Assembly: GCF_001194135.2 (NCBI RefSeq)
Contig: NC_068981.1
Location: 162,526,021-162,590,020, forward strand
Source: Octopus bimaculoides
Taxonomy: Eukaryota
Length of the DNA: 64,000 nucleotides
Direction of reading: 5' to 3'
The position numbers and the translations under genes were made by a program. Positions within the stretch are counted from its first letter, which is position 1. Each line of letters begins with the position of its first letter. The notes under the pieces were generated by a model. The model saw nothing but the letters and a program-made list of their open reading frames with translations, was not told where the DNA came from and searched no databases. Positions 12,820 to 25,683 of this stretch are shown in pieces.

Positions 12820-13083
12820 TTCTCTTTTACTCTTTTACTTGTTTCAGTCAATTGACTGTGGCCATGCTGGAGCACTGCTTTTAGTCAAGCAAATCAACCC
12901 CAGGACTTATTCTTTGTAAGCCTAGNNNNNNNNNNAGTCAAGCAAATCAACCCCAGGACTTATTCTTTGTAAGCCTAGTACTTATTCTATCGGTCTCTTT
13001 TGCTGAACTGCTAAGTTAAGGGGACGTAAACACACCAGCATTGGTTGTCAAGCAATGTTGGGGGGTACAAACACAAACACACA

Positions 13084-13121
<38 letters not shown>

Positions 13122-13370
13122 TATATAGATATATATATATGTACATACATATGTACGACAGGCTTCTTTCAGTTTTCGTCTACCAAATCCACTCACAAGG
13201 TTTTGGTCAGCCCGAGGCTATAGTAGAAGACACTTGCCCAAGGTTCCACGCANNNNNNNNNNCCCGAGGCTATAGTAGAAGACACTTGCCCAAGGTTCCA
13301 CGCAGTGGGAATGAACCCAGAACCATGTGGTTGGTAAGCAAGCTACTTACCATTCAGCCACTCCTGCGCC
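12820..13370 (-). mobile_element. Family A SINE with two small gaps
   Basis: Full tail-to-head order; sequence is duplicated on both sides of the N runs. Confidence 0.88.
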
Positions 13371-14279
13371 TTAAATTATATATTATGCACTTTATTGTGC
13401 TTTGTTATGCATGTGATCTGGTTTGCAGAAAAGTTGTCTTGTACGAAACCAATCCCTGATGCAAAAAAGGCTGGGGACTGTAGGCATATGTAGATGTGCC
13501 GGTCTTCTGAAGGATGACAACATTAATACCCTTAGTTTAGAAATAAAGATTTCTAGTTCAAATCCAGTTCAGTAGTGTATACATCAAGGAATACAACACC
13601 TGATGATAATCAGAGATCATTATAATCGAAACATAATATGGATATGAAATATTGGAAAATTAATGTTTCATCTCTAACGATGAGGTTAATTGACTGAAAA
13701 ATTATGGTCTCATTATGTCATTTGTTGATGTTAGCTTTGTTGTTGTCTTTTTTTTAATTTTTCTTGCTTTATTATATTCATTGTTGGATGAATTTTGTGA
13801 ATTTGAATATTTATATAATGCTAAAGAAATTGATTTTACAGCTGGATGCTTTTGTGACTGTTTATTCCTTTACAGAGAAAATAAGAGGCAAATCTGTTAT
13901 CAGTTAGACAAATTAAGATTAATGGAGGATGCCCCTACAAAACATCACAGCTTCCTTCTTCTCATGATGCATAAATTATCATATTTAATGAATTTAATTT
14001 AGTAGTTCAAATCAACACAGAGCATCACTAGTTTTCTCAGACTCTACTTTGTATTGTTTTCTTTTTGTTTCTTTTACTTGTTCCATCCTTTGGACAACTG
14101 TGGCCATGCTGGAGCACTGCCTTGAAGGATCAAACAAATTGACCCCAGTACTCATATTTTTAAGGCTGGTACTTATTCTATAGGCCTCCTTTGCCAAACC
14201 ACTATGTTATGGGTACGTAAACAAACCAACACCGGTTGTCAAGTGATGAAGGAGGACAAAGACAAACATAGAGATATTA

Positions 14280-14860
14280 TTATCATCATTTAACATCCAT
14301 TTTCCATGCTGGTATGGGTTGGACAGTTTGACTGAAAACTGGTAAGCTGGAGAGCTGCACAATATTTCATTCTGATTTGGTATGGTTTTTACAGCAGGAT
14401 GACCTTTCCAATGCCAACATCTCCAAGTGTGTAGTGGGTGCTTTTTACATACCATTGGCACAAGTGCCAATTATGTAACACCAGCATCAGCCACAACAGC
14501 AATCTTGCTTGACTTGATAGGTCTTCTCAAGCAGAGTATATTCTTTTCTACTCTAGGCACAAAGCCCGAAATTTTGGGGGAGAGAGCCAACTGATTAAAT
14601 CGACCCCAGTATGCAACTGGTACCTAATTTATCAACCCCAAAAGGATGAAAGGCAAAGTCAACCATGACAGAATTTGAACTCAAAACGTAAAGACAGACA
14701 AAATACCACTAAGCATTTCGCCCGGCGTGTCAAGCACAGTATATTGCCAAAGATCTTGGTCACTTGTCACTGCCTCCATGAAACCCAGTTTGAAGGATGC
14801 TTTTTACATTTCACCAGCACAGGTGCCAGATAGGCAACACTGGCATCAGCCATGACTCAT
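14280..14860 (-). mobile_element. Old RTE 3' end interrupted by a family B SINE (14543-14729)
   Basis: (atc) tail and 'gtagtgggtgctttttac' motif; the inserted SINE is flanked by 16-bp tcaagca(g/c)agtatatt at 14527-14542 and 14730-14745. Confidence 0.8.
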
Positions 14861-14872
14861 GGCATCAGCCAA

Positions 14873-14934
<62 letters not shown>

Positions 14935-17149
14935 GTATGTATATTTATATGCAACAGGCTTTTTTCAGTTTTTGTCAACCAAATCCACTCACAAGTCTCT
15001 GGTCAGCATAACGCTATAGTAGAAGACACTAGCTCAAGGTGCTATACAGTGGGACTGAACCCAGAACCATGTGGTTGGGAAGCAAACTTCTTACCACACA
15101 GTCATGCTTTTTGCCTGTGAACACAAAACAATAATTATAGAAACATTTGAAGTGATGGCCAGTAACCATATCTGCAAAATGTATATTTTCCTTAGCAATT
15201 ACAAAGGAATTAATATAACAATAAGCAATAGCAAATTCTTTTATAACATTGCCTTTTAAACATTTTAAACTGGAGGAAGTTGATTCACACTCTGTGACTG
15301 TGTAGATTTTTATTTCATTCTCTTTATAGAATCAATGTATTTCCTTGTTATGCAGCGAATGTTTATGCGGCTATAGCTACGGCTATGTGCATGGGGTTGG
15401 GGTGTGGGGTGCAGTGTAGTAGTATAAGGCAGATTACATCAATAGTCATGGTTTATCAGTGTCTACTTAGAATACTTAGGACAGACAGAAGGAGAAGAAA
15501 CTTGATATATGCCTGTAAGGTAATATAGCAGGAAAGTGAACTTCAAAAGCAACTACCTCTTGGAACTCTGCAAATTTGGAACAAAGGCTATTTATACAAC
15601 TTATTTAAGAGGTAATTCAACAATCTAAAGAGACAGCAAACGTTCTTACAAACTGAAATCATTTTCTAAAAGAGGTTGTCAGTCAAAGACACACAAGTAA
15701 TTCAAGAATAGGTTTGATGAATACTTTTAGAACAAGAAATTGAAAGCATTTTTCTAATGTAGAAGAAAAGGTGTATTTCAGAAAAGTTGGCTTCTGCAGA
15801 TTTTTGCCTGTCAGTTATGAAGACTCTTAAGTAAAATAAAGAAAACCGAATGTATTTTCTAGTAATTCATGAAATATCTATTAGAATCTCACAGCTGATA
15901 TTTTGGATGACATTTAGAAATGTGATGAAAATGTGATGATAAACAATGAAGGAAATCATATATAGTGTTTCTCTGTAGTGCCATACTGACAAGTTGATAA
16001 CTTGTTGATGAAGCAAATGATTGTAAGTTATTAGTCTCTGTTTAAAACTAAATGTAGTTCCTAATGCAAGAGGATATCGTTGTCAGTGATATTTGTTCAT
16101 TACTTAAATGATTACAAATGAACGAAGAAGCAAAAAATAATTGAAAGCAATACAGTCATACAGACAAGAATAGTTTGTTATTTCTTACGATGGCACAGAT
16201 ACACATGTTGCAGGAGATGAAATTTGATTGAATGAATCAATCCCAGTAATAGTCGAGTATGTGGAGACATGTGGCTTATTGATTAGGATGATACGTTCAT
16301 GATCATAAGATTGTGGTTTTGATTCCCAGACTGGGCAATGCATTGTGTTCTTGAGCAAAACACTGCATTTCATGTCGGTCCAGTCCACTCATCTGGCAAA
16401 AATGAATAATCCTGCAACAGATTGATGTCACATCCAGGAGATGGATATATATGCCACAGAATCCAGAAAACCAGCCTTATGAGCCTATGGCTTAGGAAGA
16501 ACCTTTCATCCCTTTTTATTGAATAGCCTGTATGTATTTTTATTGAAGAAAAGCTAAAATGGACCCTTAGACAAAGCCAAATATTATTAGGTTAAAATCT
16601 AGAATCTGAGGAAACTGGTAAGTTCCTGTATTGCCAACAATAATAATTACAGCAAATTGAAGGAGTTTCTAACATATCAGTAGGTTCTCAGTTACCATGA
16701 AGAATGGGAAATGGTGACATTTTAGGCTATAACCTTTGATGGAAGGTCATAGCTTAAAACAAACTCTTTTCTATGTCTCATAGTAACCATACTTACAGAT
16801 ATTAAAAAAAAACTCCTCTGGATTTATTAATTGTTATTAGATATTTAATTTAGTCCAGCTTTCAACGTTTTTTTTTTATTACCTATAACTTGGAATTCCT
16901 TTGGCCAAAAATACAGATACATTTTCAATAAAATTCATTTCTGATGAGGGAAATAGGGAGAAATATCAAATATTGAAGCAAGTAATGTTGTTAACGTCAA
17001 GGCTATGGGAAAATATTACCTTGCTTGGGAACAAGGTTAGGGTTGGCAACAATAAGAACATCCAACCATAGAAAATCTGCCTCAACAAATTCCATCTGAT
17101 GCATGCAAGCATGGATATTGGACATTAAATGAAGATGATAATCATGATG

Positions 17150-17192
17150 GTGATGGTGGTGGTGTGATGATGATGATGATGACGATGATGAA

Positions 17193-17244
<52 letters not shown>

Positions 17245-17366
17245 TTGATGATGATGATGACGCTGATGATGACGATGATGATGGTCATGACAACAGTGAT
17301 GATGATGATGAAGATGATGACAATGATGATGAAGATGGTAATGATGATGATGACGATGATGATGAT
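17150..17366 (+). repeat. Long imperfect (GAT)n expanded from an RTE-type tail
   Basis: Directly follows 'gcaagcatggatattggacattaaat'; source of the poly-M and poly-H ORFs. Similar tracts at 25600-25685 and 50990-51100. Confidence 0.9.
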
Positions 17367-19009
17367 TGCAAAGCAGCCAAAATGGATATCCCAAAGCATT
17401 TCATCTGACTCTTCGGTACCTCTGCCACTCCACTTAACTAGAATGATACTTTATAGAACCTCTCTACCACCAAAGGATGATATACAAAAATTAACCTTTT
17501 GTCGGATTTCAACTCAGAATACAAGGAACTAGAACAAATACTTCAAGGTATTCTATCTGGTGCTCTAATGACTCTGTCAATCTATTGCCCTGCAATTAAT
17601 GCAGCATAATCATGGTAATTATTTCTATCATCCCAGGAGGAGGAAAAGCAAAGTCAATGATACTAAGGTTTGAACTCAGAACAAAGACATTTGAAACCAA
17701 ATACTGAAAGATATTTGGCATTCTACGATTCATTCTCTTGAGATAATAGTTATGTTGTTGTCATTTAAATTCATGCTGGCCATTATCAAACAGATATATA
17801 TTCAAAAAGACATTGTATCCATGACTTTGATCTTTGCTATCTCTGTTAAATAGGTGGTATTAACGTGTCTGATACACAGCAGGTCAATATTTGCAGGAAA
17901 AATGTGTTCAGAGAAGGAACCATGGATCTGATCTAAATTCTTGCAGCAGAATGGACTTAAATAATGGTACTGAAGGTTGAGTTAATAGCATTAAAGAGAA
18001 CAGTGTGTTAGACATAACACTTGCTGATGAAAAATATATATTTTGTTTTGTCAAAGATTACTTGAATTTTGTAATCCTTTCTTAGATGAATAGTTTGTTG
18101 CTTCACCAACATTGATAAAATGCCTGTTTTTAAATGTAGAATGCTCAGAGTTTGTTTTCTCTCAGAGCTGTTATAGTGTACCATGCCCAGGATGCTTGAC
18201 ACTCAATACTTAAAGCTACTTCAATATAAATAGGTACTGCATGGTAGTACCTACTTAAAATAACTTGCCTCTTTTGTGTTATCAAGTGAGCTTCTTTAAA
18301 ATTGCTGTATCTGGTGAAAATAATAGCCAAATATTCCTCATATTCTACCCTATTTTTTCTTCAATTATTTTTGTGATGAACTCTAAACCAATATCAATCT
18401 CCTTGCATCTATCTTTACAGTCTTTAAATCCAGAAATGTCTTTCTATTTGTCATATAGTTATTATACACATAGAAACAAACAACCACAGACACAAGAAAA
18501 TATGAAGAAATTAGCTTTATTAGTCTGAAGTAATAAATTTGTCGATTTCTTGCTCCAATAACCTGACTATACTTCATTCATTTCTTTGACTTCACCTCCA
18601 TCACCATGAAGTTCGTTAATGAAACACTTAGACGACTTATTTTTATCCCCAAACACAATTTGATAACAACCCATGCAAAGAAAATATTTATAAGTCTTCT
18701 TATGGAGATATACATATATCATTTCCATCATACACAAGTTATCATCATCAGAAACAGCAATATAATGATTATTGTCATCACAATCAATGTCATTATCATG
18801 AAATTATCATCAGTTGTTATTGGGTTATGACACCATTTATTTTCTTTCCTATTAGAATAGTTATGATGGGTCAATGGTGTAGCATTTCCTTTGTGTCTTA
18901 AATCTTTATCTTCTCATCAGTGAGTTTTAACCTCTAAAAGTCCTTTATAATAATTTATCTCAATTATATTTCATGTTTTTAGCTATCCACGTTATTGACG
19001 ACACCTGAA

Positions 19010-19200
19010 CACTTCTTTCACCTTCATTTTACCCACCATTTCCCAACAATACTTCTTAAGTTTCTAAGATTTGATCAAAATATCTCCTTCCAGGTCTCGA
19101 TTTACCCATTCCTCAATGCCATCTATTATTTCTAATCTTCCACATTTGAAACACATTATCCAATACGACAGTGACCAATAACCTGACTATCTCCAATCTC
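19010..19200 (-). mobile_element. Highly decayed RTE ORF2 C-terminal fragment
   Basis: Minus strand reads GKSRPGRRYFDQILET, resembling the RTE 'GRPRRRW.D.I' motif; broken frames. Confidence 0.45.
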
Positions 19201-20231
19201 CTCATGCCTGAACCTACCTCAACACATGACAGATACTAAGAGGCCTAATCCTCCAAATTATAATCTATCCCATCCATAGACTGCAATTTTAGAGAGTAGC
19301 TCTAAATGAGGCAGTTTTTGTTTTGCTAAAAATAGCAGCACAGTGTTGTCATTTTTAAGATTTGTCTGTGGAATACTACAAATAGAAAATGTTCATCTCA
19401 ATCAGATAAAAATAAAAAATTAAGATCTGTCATTTGAATTCAATAAATAAGAAATGTTTCTCCATCAGATAGATAGAGAAATAGTGAGTAAGGTGAGAGA
19501 TCCTCATTGCTCTCAGTGACACAGAGTCTAGCATCAACTAAGATGACTTTGTGATTTTTATCATCATGAAAGTTCAAGAAGGTTCTTCTGGGATTTATAA
19601 GCAAAAACTTGTTGAAACTAGCCCATGTATTCCCATGTTTATTTGTCCTTTGTCCATTTCTCTTAATTATTCCAAGTTTCATCTTAGTTTTCATTACTAG
19701 ATTCACAGCACATGCAGCAACTAATTTTTGCCCATCCAAAGATGTCCTTCCCTCTCACTGTAACAATTCTGTATTTTTCTCCCCCTTATTCCTTCATCCC
19801 CTCTTTGTCTTTCACTCCTGTTCTTACTCTCATTTAATACTTCTCTCTTCTTCTCCTTATTATTTTCTCCTTTCATACTTTACATGCCCTCTCTCCTATA
19901 TGTATATATATGCTTGTGTGTGTTTATATATACATATATTTCCTGTACCACTGTATCAATTGTACCTGTTCATAGTTTTCTGTCTCACTTGTATGGTGTT
20001 GTCCTTCATTTTTAGTCCTTCTTTGTCCATAACTTCAGTGATATTCCTCAATATCACTTGTACAACCAGAGAAGTGGTACCATGACATTTAAAGTCTGTG
20101 AACTTTTAATGTGTCAAAACTATACTGAGTAGGGTCTCCATGGCTAAGGAGGGGATTTCCATATTTATTTGCCCTTTGTTTTTTACTGTTCCTTGTTTCC
20201 ATGATTCATACACACACACAAATATACATAC

Positions 20232-20305
<74 letters not shown>

Positions 20306-20877
20306 TTATATATATAGGTTAGTTGAGTTAGAGATCAAAATAACCATCTAAGGGATAGAAGCATCCATTACACTACCGGTATATTACCTATGCTTAACCA
20401 TGGGCATACATATGCAAACATATTACGCTCATAAATTATAAGTAAAGACTAGGATAAACATGGGTTTATCAATAATCAAAATTTAAAGAAAACAGAAAAT
20501 GGATAAATATTGATAAACAACAATTGACTTACATCAATTATTATTTGTTAATTCAATGCAAATAGACAGCATCCCATCTAACAGCTGTACTTCACCATTT
20601 TCTATTTTCTCTCTCTCTCTTCTATATATGTATATATATACGCATACTCATTATGTATATATGCATAGTATATACTAAATGGTAAGTCCTGCTGCTGTCA
20701 TCTCAACCCACTACATTGCTTGCTTTTTGATGTATCCTAGTGAGTTGCTGACCCTTGACCCTGTATAAATTTCTATTGCATAATATAATTTATGCATACA
20801 CACATGCATATACACAGATAATGTGTTGGAGCAGCTGTAATCTATTGAAATGAATATATTGAATATTCTTTTCTACT

Positions 20878-21171
20878 CTATTCGCTGGCCATTGCCCCAT
20901 CTGATGATCATTTATTCCACAGTCTTTGAAATTATTTAGATGGAAAAGTATGAATTCTGTAGACGATATCAGAACAGTACTGGAGGAGTATTTTTCATCA
21001 TGAAAAAATGAATATTGGAAGAGGGTCTTTGCAAGTCTACCAGATAGATGGAAAAGCATTGTAGAAAATGAAAGAGAGTATATTTTAGATTAAAAAAAAA
21101 ATTTATTTATCTTAATTTTGTAAAAATTAAACAAATATAAAAATCCACATTACTTATGGGATGACCCAATA
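20878..21171 (+). mobile_element. mariner transposase 3' end and right TIR
   Basis: IAPSDDHLFHSL..LEEYFSS..SLPDRWKSIVENEREYILD*; TIR 'cattacttatgggatgacccaa' followed by TA. The matching left-TIR type occurs at 38661. Confidence 0.85.
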
Positions 21172-21194
21172 TATACACACATATATATATATAG

Positions 21195-21448
21195 CTGTGC
21201 GTGAGAAGACCCGGCAAGCCAAGTAAGATCGTTGCCAGTGCCCCTGGACTGGTTCTTGTGCGGGTGGCACATGAGATGCACCATTTTGAGCGTGGCCGTT
21301 GCCAGTACCGCCTGACTGGCTCCCGTAGGATTTTCGAGCGAGATCGTTGCCAGTGCCCCTGGACTGGCTTGTGCGGGTGGCACATAAAAGACACCATTTC
21401 GAGCGTGGCCGTTTTCGTGCGGGTGACACGTAAAAGCACCCACTACAC
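21195..21448 (+). mobile_element. 5'-truncated RTE 3'UTR, young, two tandem modules
   Basis: 'agatcgttgccagtgcccctggactgg..tgcgggtggcac' occurs twice, then 'gtaaaagcacccactacac' runs into the gap. Confidence 0.88.
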
Positions 21449-21557
21449 NNNNNNNNNNNNNNNNNNNNNNNNNNNNNNNNNNNNNNNNNNNNNNNNNNNN
21501 NNNNNNNNNNNNNNNNNNNNNNNNNNNNNNNNNNNNNNNNNNNNNNNNNNNNNNNNN

Positions 21558-21610
<53 letters not shown>

Positions 21611-21629
21611 TGTATGTATATATATATAT

Positions 21630-22580
21630 TTTGGGTTCAAGTATTGCAATGCCATGGTAAAGGAAGCACTACCACACTTATTTGATATGACCACCTCTGT
21701 TTCAAATCACAGCCTTAAGTCTAGGTGTGAACGCTTCACATGTGGCATGCAGCTGTTTGTGTAGAATTGAAGTACCATTCCTGACACACTTCAGAGCATC
21801 AATCGAAGTATGAGGAGCACTCAAAACCCTTGTTTCTAAAATGGACCAAAATGCACAATCCAATAGGTTGAGATCAGTGCTTCTTGAGAGCCATACATCC
21901 TTGCCTATGAATGATGGAATGTGTTTCTGAATCCAGTGTTGTATTGGATTGGAGCTGTGGGATGGTGCCAAGTCCTGTTGGAGGCTCCAGGGTGCACCTT
22001 AAAAGTACTCATTCGCCCATGGAAACAGTTCAGCTTCGAGGGCACAAAAATGAGGGGAGACCTTCCAGTGACTGTCACAGCCACCCAAACCATAACTGAC
22101 TGTGGATTTTGACATCAAATTATGAGCCTACCCTTGACAGAATCAGATACACCCCAAAGTTGATCATTCTGGTGGTTTACTGTCTGTTCAATGTCATATT
22201 TCTTTTTATCAGTGAACACCAGATTGGGCAGTGTGCCTTCAGCAATCTCACACAGGATAAGAATGCTTCTCTCTAGTCTCATGGCCTTATAAACTTGCAT
22301 GAATTCATTATGGTGGATCATCTTGTAGGGATGAGTCCTGAGATCCACCTTCAGATATATCAATGTTCTGCTTATTTCTGTTGTGGCAACCAGTTTTCTG
22401 ACAGAATGATGAGGATTTTGTTATATCTTTTCTTTGGTATTTTTGATAAGCTGAGAGGTTTGCACACTTCTTTTTCAGCCATGACCAGGTCGATCAGTAG
22501 TGGAACCAGTCTCTTGAAATTTCTTGATAATTTTCCAGCCTGTTGTTCGGTTAAATTTAAGTTTTTTTGCTATAACTGTA
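21630..22580 (-). mobile_element. Tc1/mariner DD37D (maT-type) transposase pseudogene
   Basis: HTH-like KKLKFNRTTGWKIIKKFQETGSTTDRPG; VFTD..QNDQLW; MVWVAVTVTGRSPLIFVP; QQD-x37-D ending STDLNLLD (37 residues counted); stops and frameshifts. Confidence 0.88.
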
Positions 22581-22631
22581 TATATATATATATGCCAGAG
22601 TAAGCTGTATATATATATATATATATATATA

Positions 22632-22830
22632 CCAGAGTAAGCACATAGATGTGAAACAAGGTGGGAAAAATAGTACTCGAATACCGGAGTTAGAGTAATA
22701 CGTTTTATTAATAAGGCTGCAAAGACATCACAAAAACTGTTACTCAGAGTTTCACATTCCTGTTCACTGTCCGACAAATGGGAACATGAAACTCTGAGTA
22801 ACAGCTGTGATGTCATTGCAGCTTTATGAA
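22632..22830. mobile_element. Penelope-like terminal repeat fragments in inverted orientation, within (TA)n
   Basis: Inverted repeat about 22705-22765 versus 22770-22830, with a perfect 18-bp core ctgttactcagagtttca/tgaaactctgagtaacag; AATAAA on the minus strand; carries hammerhead motifs. Confidence 0.6.
22767..22804 (+). ncRNA. Minimal type-I hammerhead ribozyme motif, probably inactivated
   Basis: Stem I ctgt/acag; core CCGACAA (canonical CUGANGA); stem II atg-ggaa-cat; GAAA; palindromic stem III ctc-t-gag; GUA triplet at 22798-22800. Confidence 0.65.
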
Positions 22831-22840
22831 CAAAGTATAG

Positions 22841-23215
22841 GCGTGGCTGTGTGGTAAGAAGAGTGCTTCCCAACCACGCGGTTCTGGGTTCAGTCCCACT
22901 GCATGGCACCTTGGGCAAGTGTTTTCTACTATAGCCTCAGGCTGACCAAAGCCTTCTAAGTGGATTTGGTAGATGGAAACTGAAAGAAGCTCATCACATG
23001 TGTGTGTATGTGTATGTGTGTTTGTGTTGTCCCCATCACTTGACGACCGATGTTTGTATGTTTACGTCCCTATAACTTAGCGGTCCAACAAAAGACCGAT
23101 AGTATAAGTACTAGGCTTACAAAGAATAAGTCCTGGGGTTGATTTGCTCAACTAAAGGTGGTGCTTCAGCATGGTCGCAGTCAAATGACTGAAACAAATA
23201 AAAGAATAAAAGAAA
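22841..23215 (+). mobile_element. Family A SINE, near full length
   Basis: Head gcgtggctgtgtggtaag, CORE-like 'tggcaccttgggcaagtg', tail 'aaagaataaaagaa'. Confidence 0.9.
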
Positions 23216-23977
23216 ATAAGTGTATATATAAATATACACACATGATATTTCATTCAAAACATTCAATACAAAACATATTTTTCCCCAGAACATCTAATAA
23301 AACTACATGCAAACATATCTTTTGGTAGCTCTTAGCAAATTAAATCCATGTTAATAAACCCTTTTCATTCTCTATCTTTAATAATTCTATTATATTTAAT
23401 CACATACAACAACACATACCTTTAAAAAAATTCATCACATATCACAAAATAAATAACACACTTTAGTTACCCTGGCAGGTATACAGTAACCCCTTTATAT
23501 TTTAATATATCAAAAACATTTTCTGGAGTAAAACACGCATTTGGAAACTTGCCCAGAAAAGCATATTACATGTCAACAATATACAGATAATACATTGCGA
23601 TAACCTGCTCTGCTACCATTATGTGCAGTAATAAGGTATTGCAACATTAATAATGTATAACAATATTTAGCTGGCTTCTTGCATTGTCAATAAAGGATTC
23701 AATAAGTTTGTTTACAAATAGTAAATTATGAGGTTCAGAAATTATTAAATTTTCATTATTGACTAGTAACTGAATAATTAAAGTGTATTATTACAGTATG
23801 AAGTTAATTCTTTAGCATTTAAACTAGCCATATATGGCCCAAATATTGTACTTGTCTTATGTTTGGGCCAGATGGATTTGGCTTCTCACATATACCCTAC
23901 AATGCCATTCTAAAAATACACAATCATATCATCAAAATCTTAAAGCTACAAGATAGTGAATGATAAATTTTAAATTA

Positions 23978-24226
23978 TACTCTTTTACTTGTTTCTGTCA
24001 TTTGACTGTGGCCATGCTGGAGCACCACCTTTAGTCGAGCAAATCGACCTCAGGACTTATTCTTTGTAAGCCTAATACTTATTCTATCAGTCTCTTTTGC
24101 CAAACCGCTAAGTTATGGGGACGTAAACACACCAGCATCGGTTGTCAAGCGTTGTTGGGGGGACAATCACAGACACACAAACATACACATGCACACACAN
24201 NNNNNNNNNCACACACACACACACAA

Positions 24227-24267
<41 letters not shown>

Positions 24268-24435
24268 TATATATGACAGGCTTCTTTCAGTTTCCATCTA
24301 CCAAATCCACTCACAAGGCTTTGGTCGGCCCGAGGCTATGGCAGAAGACACTTGCCCAAGGTGCCACACAGTGGGACTGAACCCAGAACCATGTGGTTGG
24401 GAAGCAAGCTACTTACCACACAGCCACTCCTAAGC
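23978..24435 (-). mobile_element. Family A SINE inserted inside a piggyBac-type MITE
   Basis: The MITE left part (23804-23975) resumes at about 24440 and ends 'aatgcgaaagggttaa' at 24496. Confidence 0.88.
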
Positions 24436-25639
24436 CTATTTATGTGAATAAATAAGCATTATATTTGACAAAGTAATTTGAATGCGAAAGGGTTAAATAT
24501 CCTCAAAACCATGTCAAAGATAGAGAATAAAATATTTTCTCAAATTATGAAAATATACCACCAATGGCACATGTGGCAGTTGTATGAAGTTTGCGATGAA
24601 CCACCAGTGGTACATGTGGCAGTTAGCATGTTAATAATAGTTTGATTCAGCTCCACATTATTTAACCCATTAGCATTTAAATTGGTCATATCTGGCCCGA
24701 ATATTCTACCTGTTTTATGTTCAAACCAGTTAGATTGAGTATCTCACACCTACCCTACAATGTCATTCTAAAAATAAACAATCACATCATTGAAATCTTT
24801 AAGTGACAAGATAAATTTAAAACAATGAATAAATAAGCTTTACATATATTTGACAAAGTAATTTGGAGGCTAAAGGGTTAACCAACAAAAACAGTATGTC
24901 GTAAACTGTTATTTAGCAATATTTTGTATGAAGGTTTTGTATGTTCAGTAAAACAAAAAAAAGAGTCACATGCTAGCTTTTATGTTGTAATTTGTGGAAA
25001 ATGTCTTATTTATACATGATAGATCTACATTGCTCCTATCCACGAACTTGTCAAGAATAAGCAATAGATCATCTAGAAATGTTACATGTCACAAACTAAT
25101 ATCCTATCAAAGGAGGGATTTATCTCACATCTGTTTATCACCATGAAGTATCAACCATTAAAAGTCTTTTGAAGCTATTGGAGATATTTACAATTACATA
25201 CATGAGCTAATATTTTGTGACTATTCTTTTTTGATATTATGTTTGTTGTTTTCGTTTGTTTTGGTAAGAAAAGAGATTAGGCTGAGGAGGAATGAAGACA
25301 GAGTAGCTAAATCTGGTCTTAGATAACATGATATAAGGATTAGAACTGATTGGGGAATTGATGCTTATGGTAACCTGACCAACATGAGCTTAGGAGTAGA
25401 GTGGAAGATGATTATAGTGATGATGACTGTGGTAATGGTGGTAGTGGTGGTGGTGGTGATGGTGGATGCAGAGGAGGAGGGGAAGAGGAAGGACAACCGC
25501 AACACAGACTGTCACAATGATGATGGTGAGGGGGTAGTGGTTAGAGGATGATGAGGAGGAGAAGGAAAAGTAATGTTATGGTGGTAATGGTTATGCTGAC
25601 AATAATAACAACGATGATGAAGATGATGACAACGACAAC

Positions 25640-25683
<44 letters not shown>

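Noticed and set aside
13600-13645. CTGATGA...GAAAC hammerhead candidate
   Set aside because: Stem II does not close next to GAAA, there is no NUH triplet, and stem I does not pair.
17125-17532. Poly-His, poly-Met and poly-Ile ORFs, and the many HTHT/CVCV/YIYI ORFs
   Set aside because: Translations of (GAT)n, (CA)n and (TA)n microsatellites.
18340-18443. Minus-strand DISGF...GLEFITKIIEEKIG, resembling soluble adenylyl cyclase, with FMDISG at 2672 and YVPDVVL at 52463
   Set aside because: Bounded by stops, no GDxxKFAGD motif follows, and two DISG motifs in this order do not fit one gene; likely chance. BLASTX would settle it.
19440-19739. 99-aa minus-strand ORF (also 9189-9467 and 13715-14002)
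   Set aside because: No recognisable domain and no convincing pair of splice sites; length is compatible with chance.
24556-24625. 24-bp direct repeat ccacca.tgg.acatgtggcagtt
   Set aside because: Only two units and no further structure; probably duplicated transposon-end debris.
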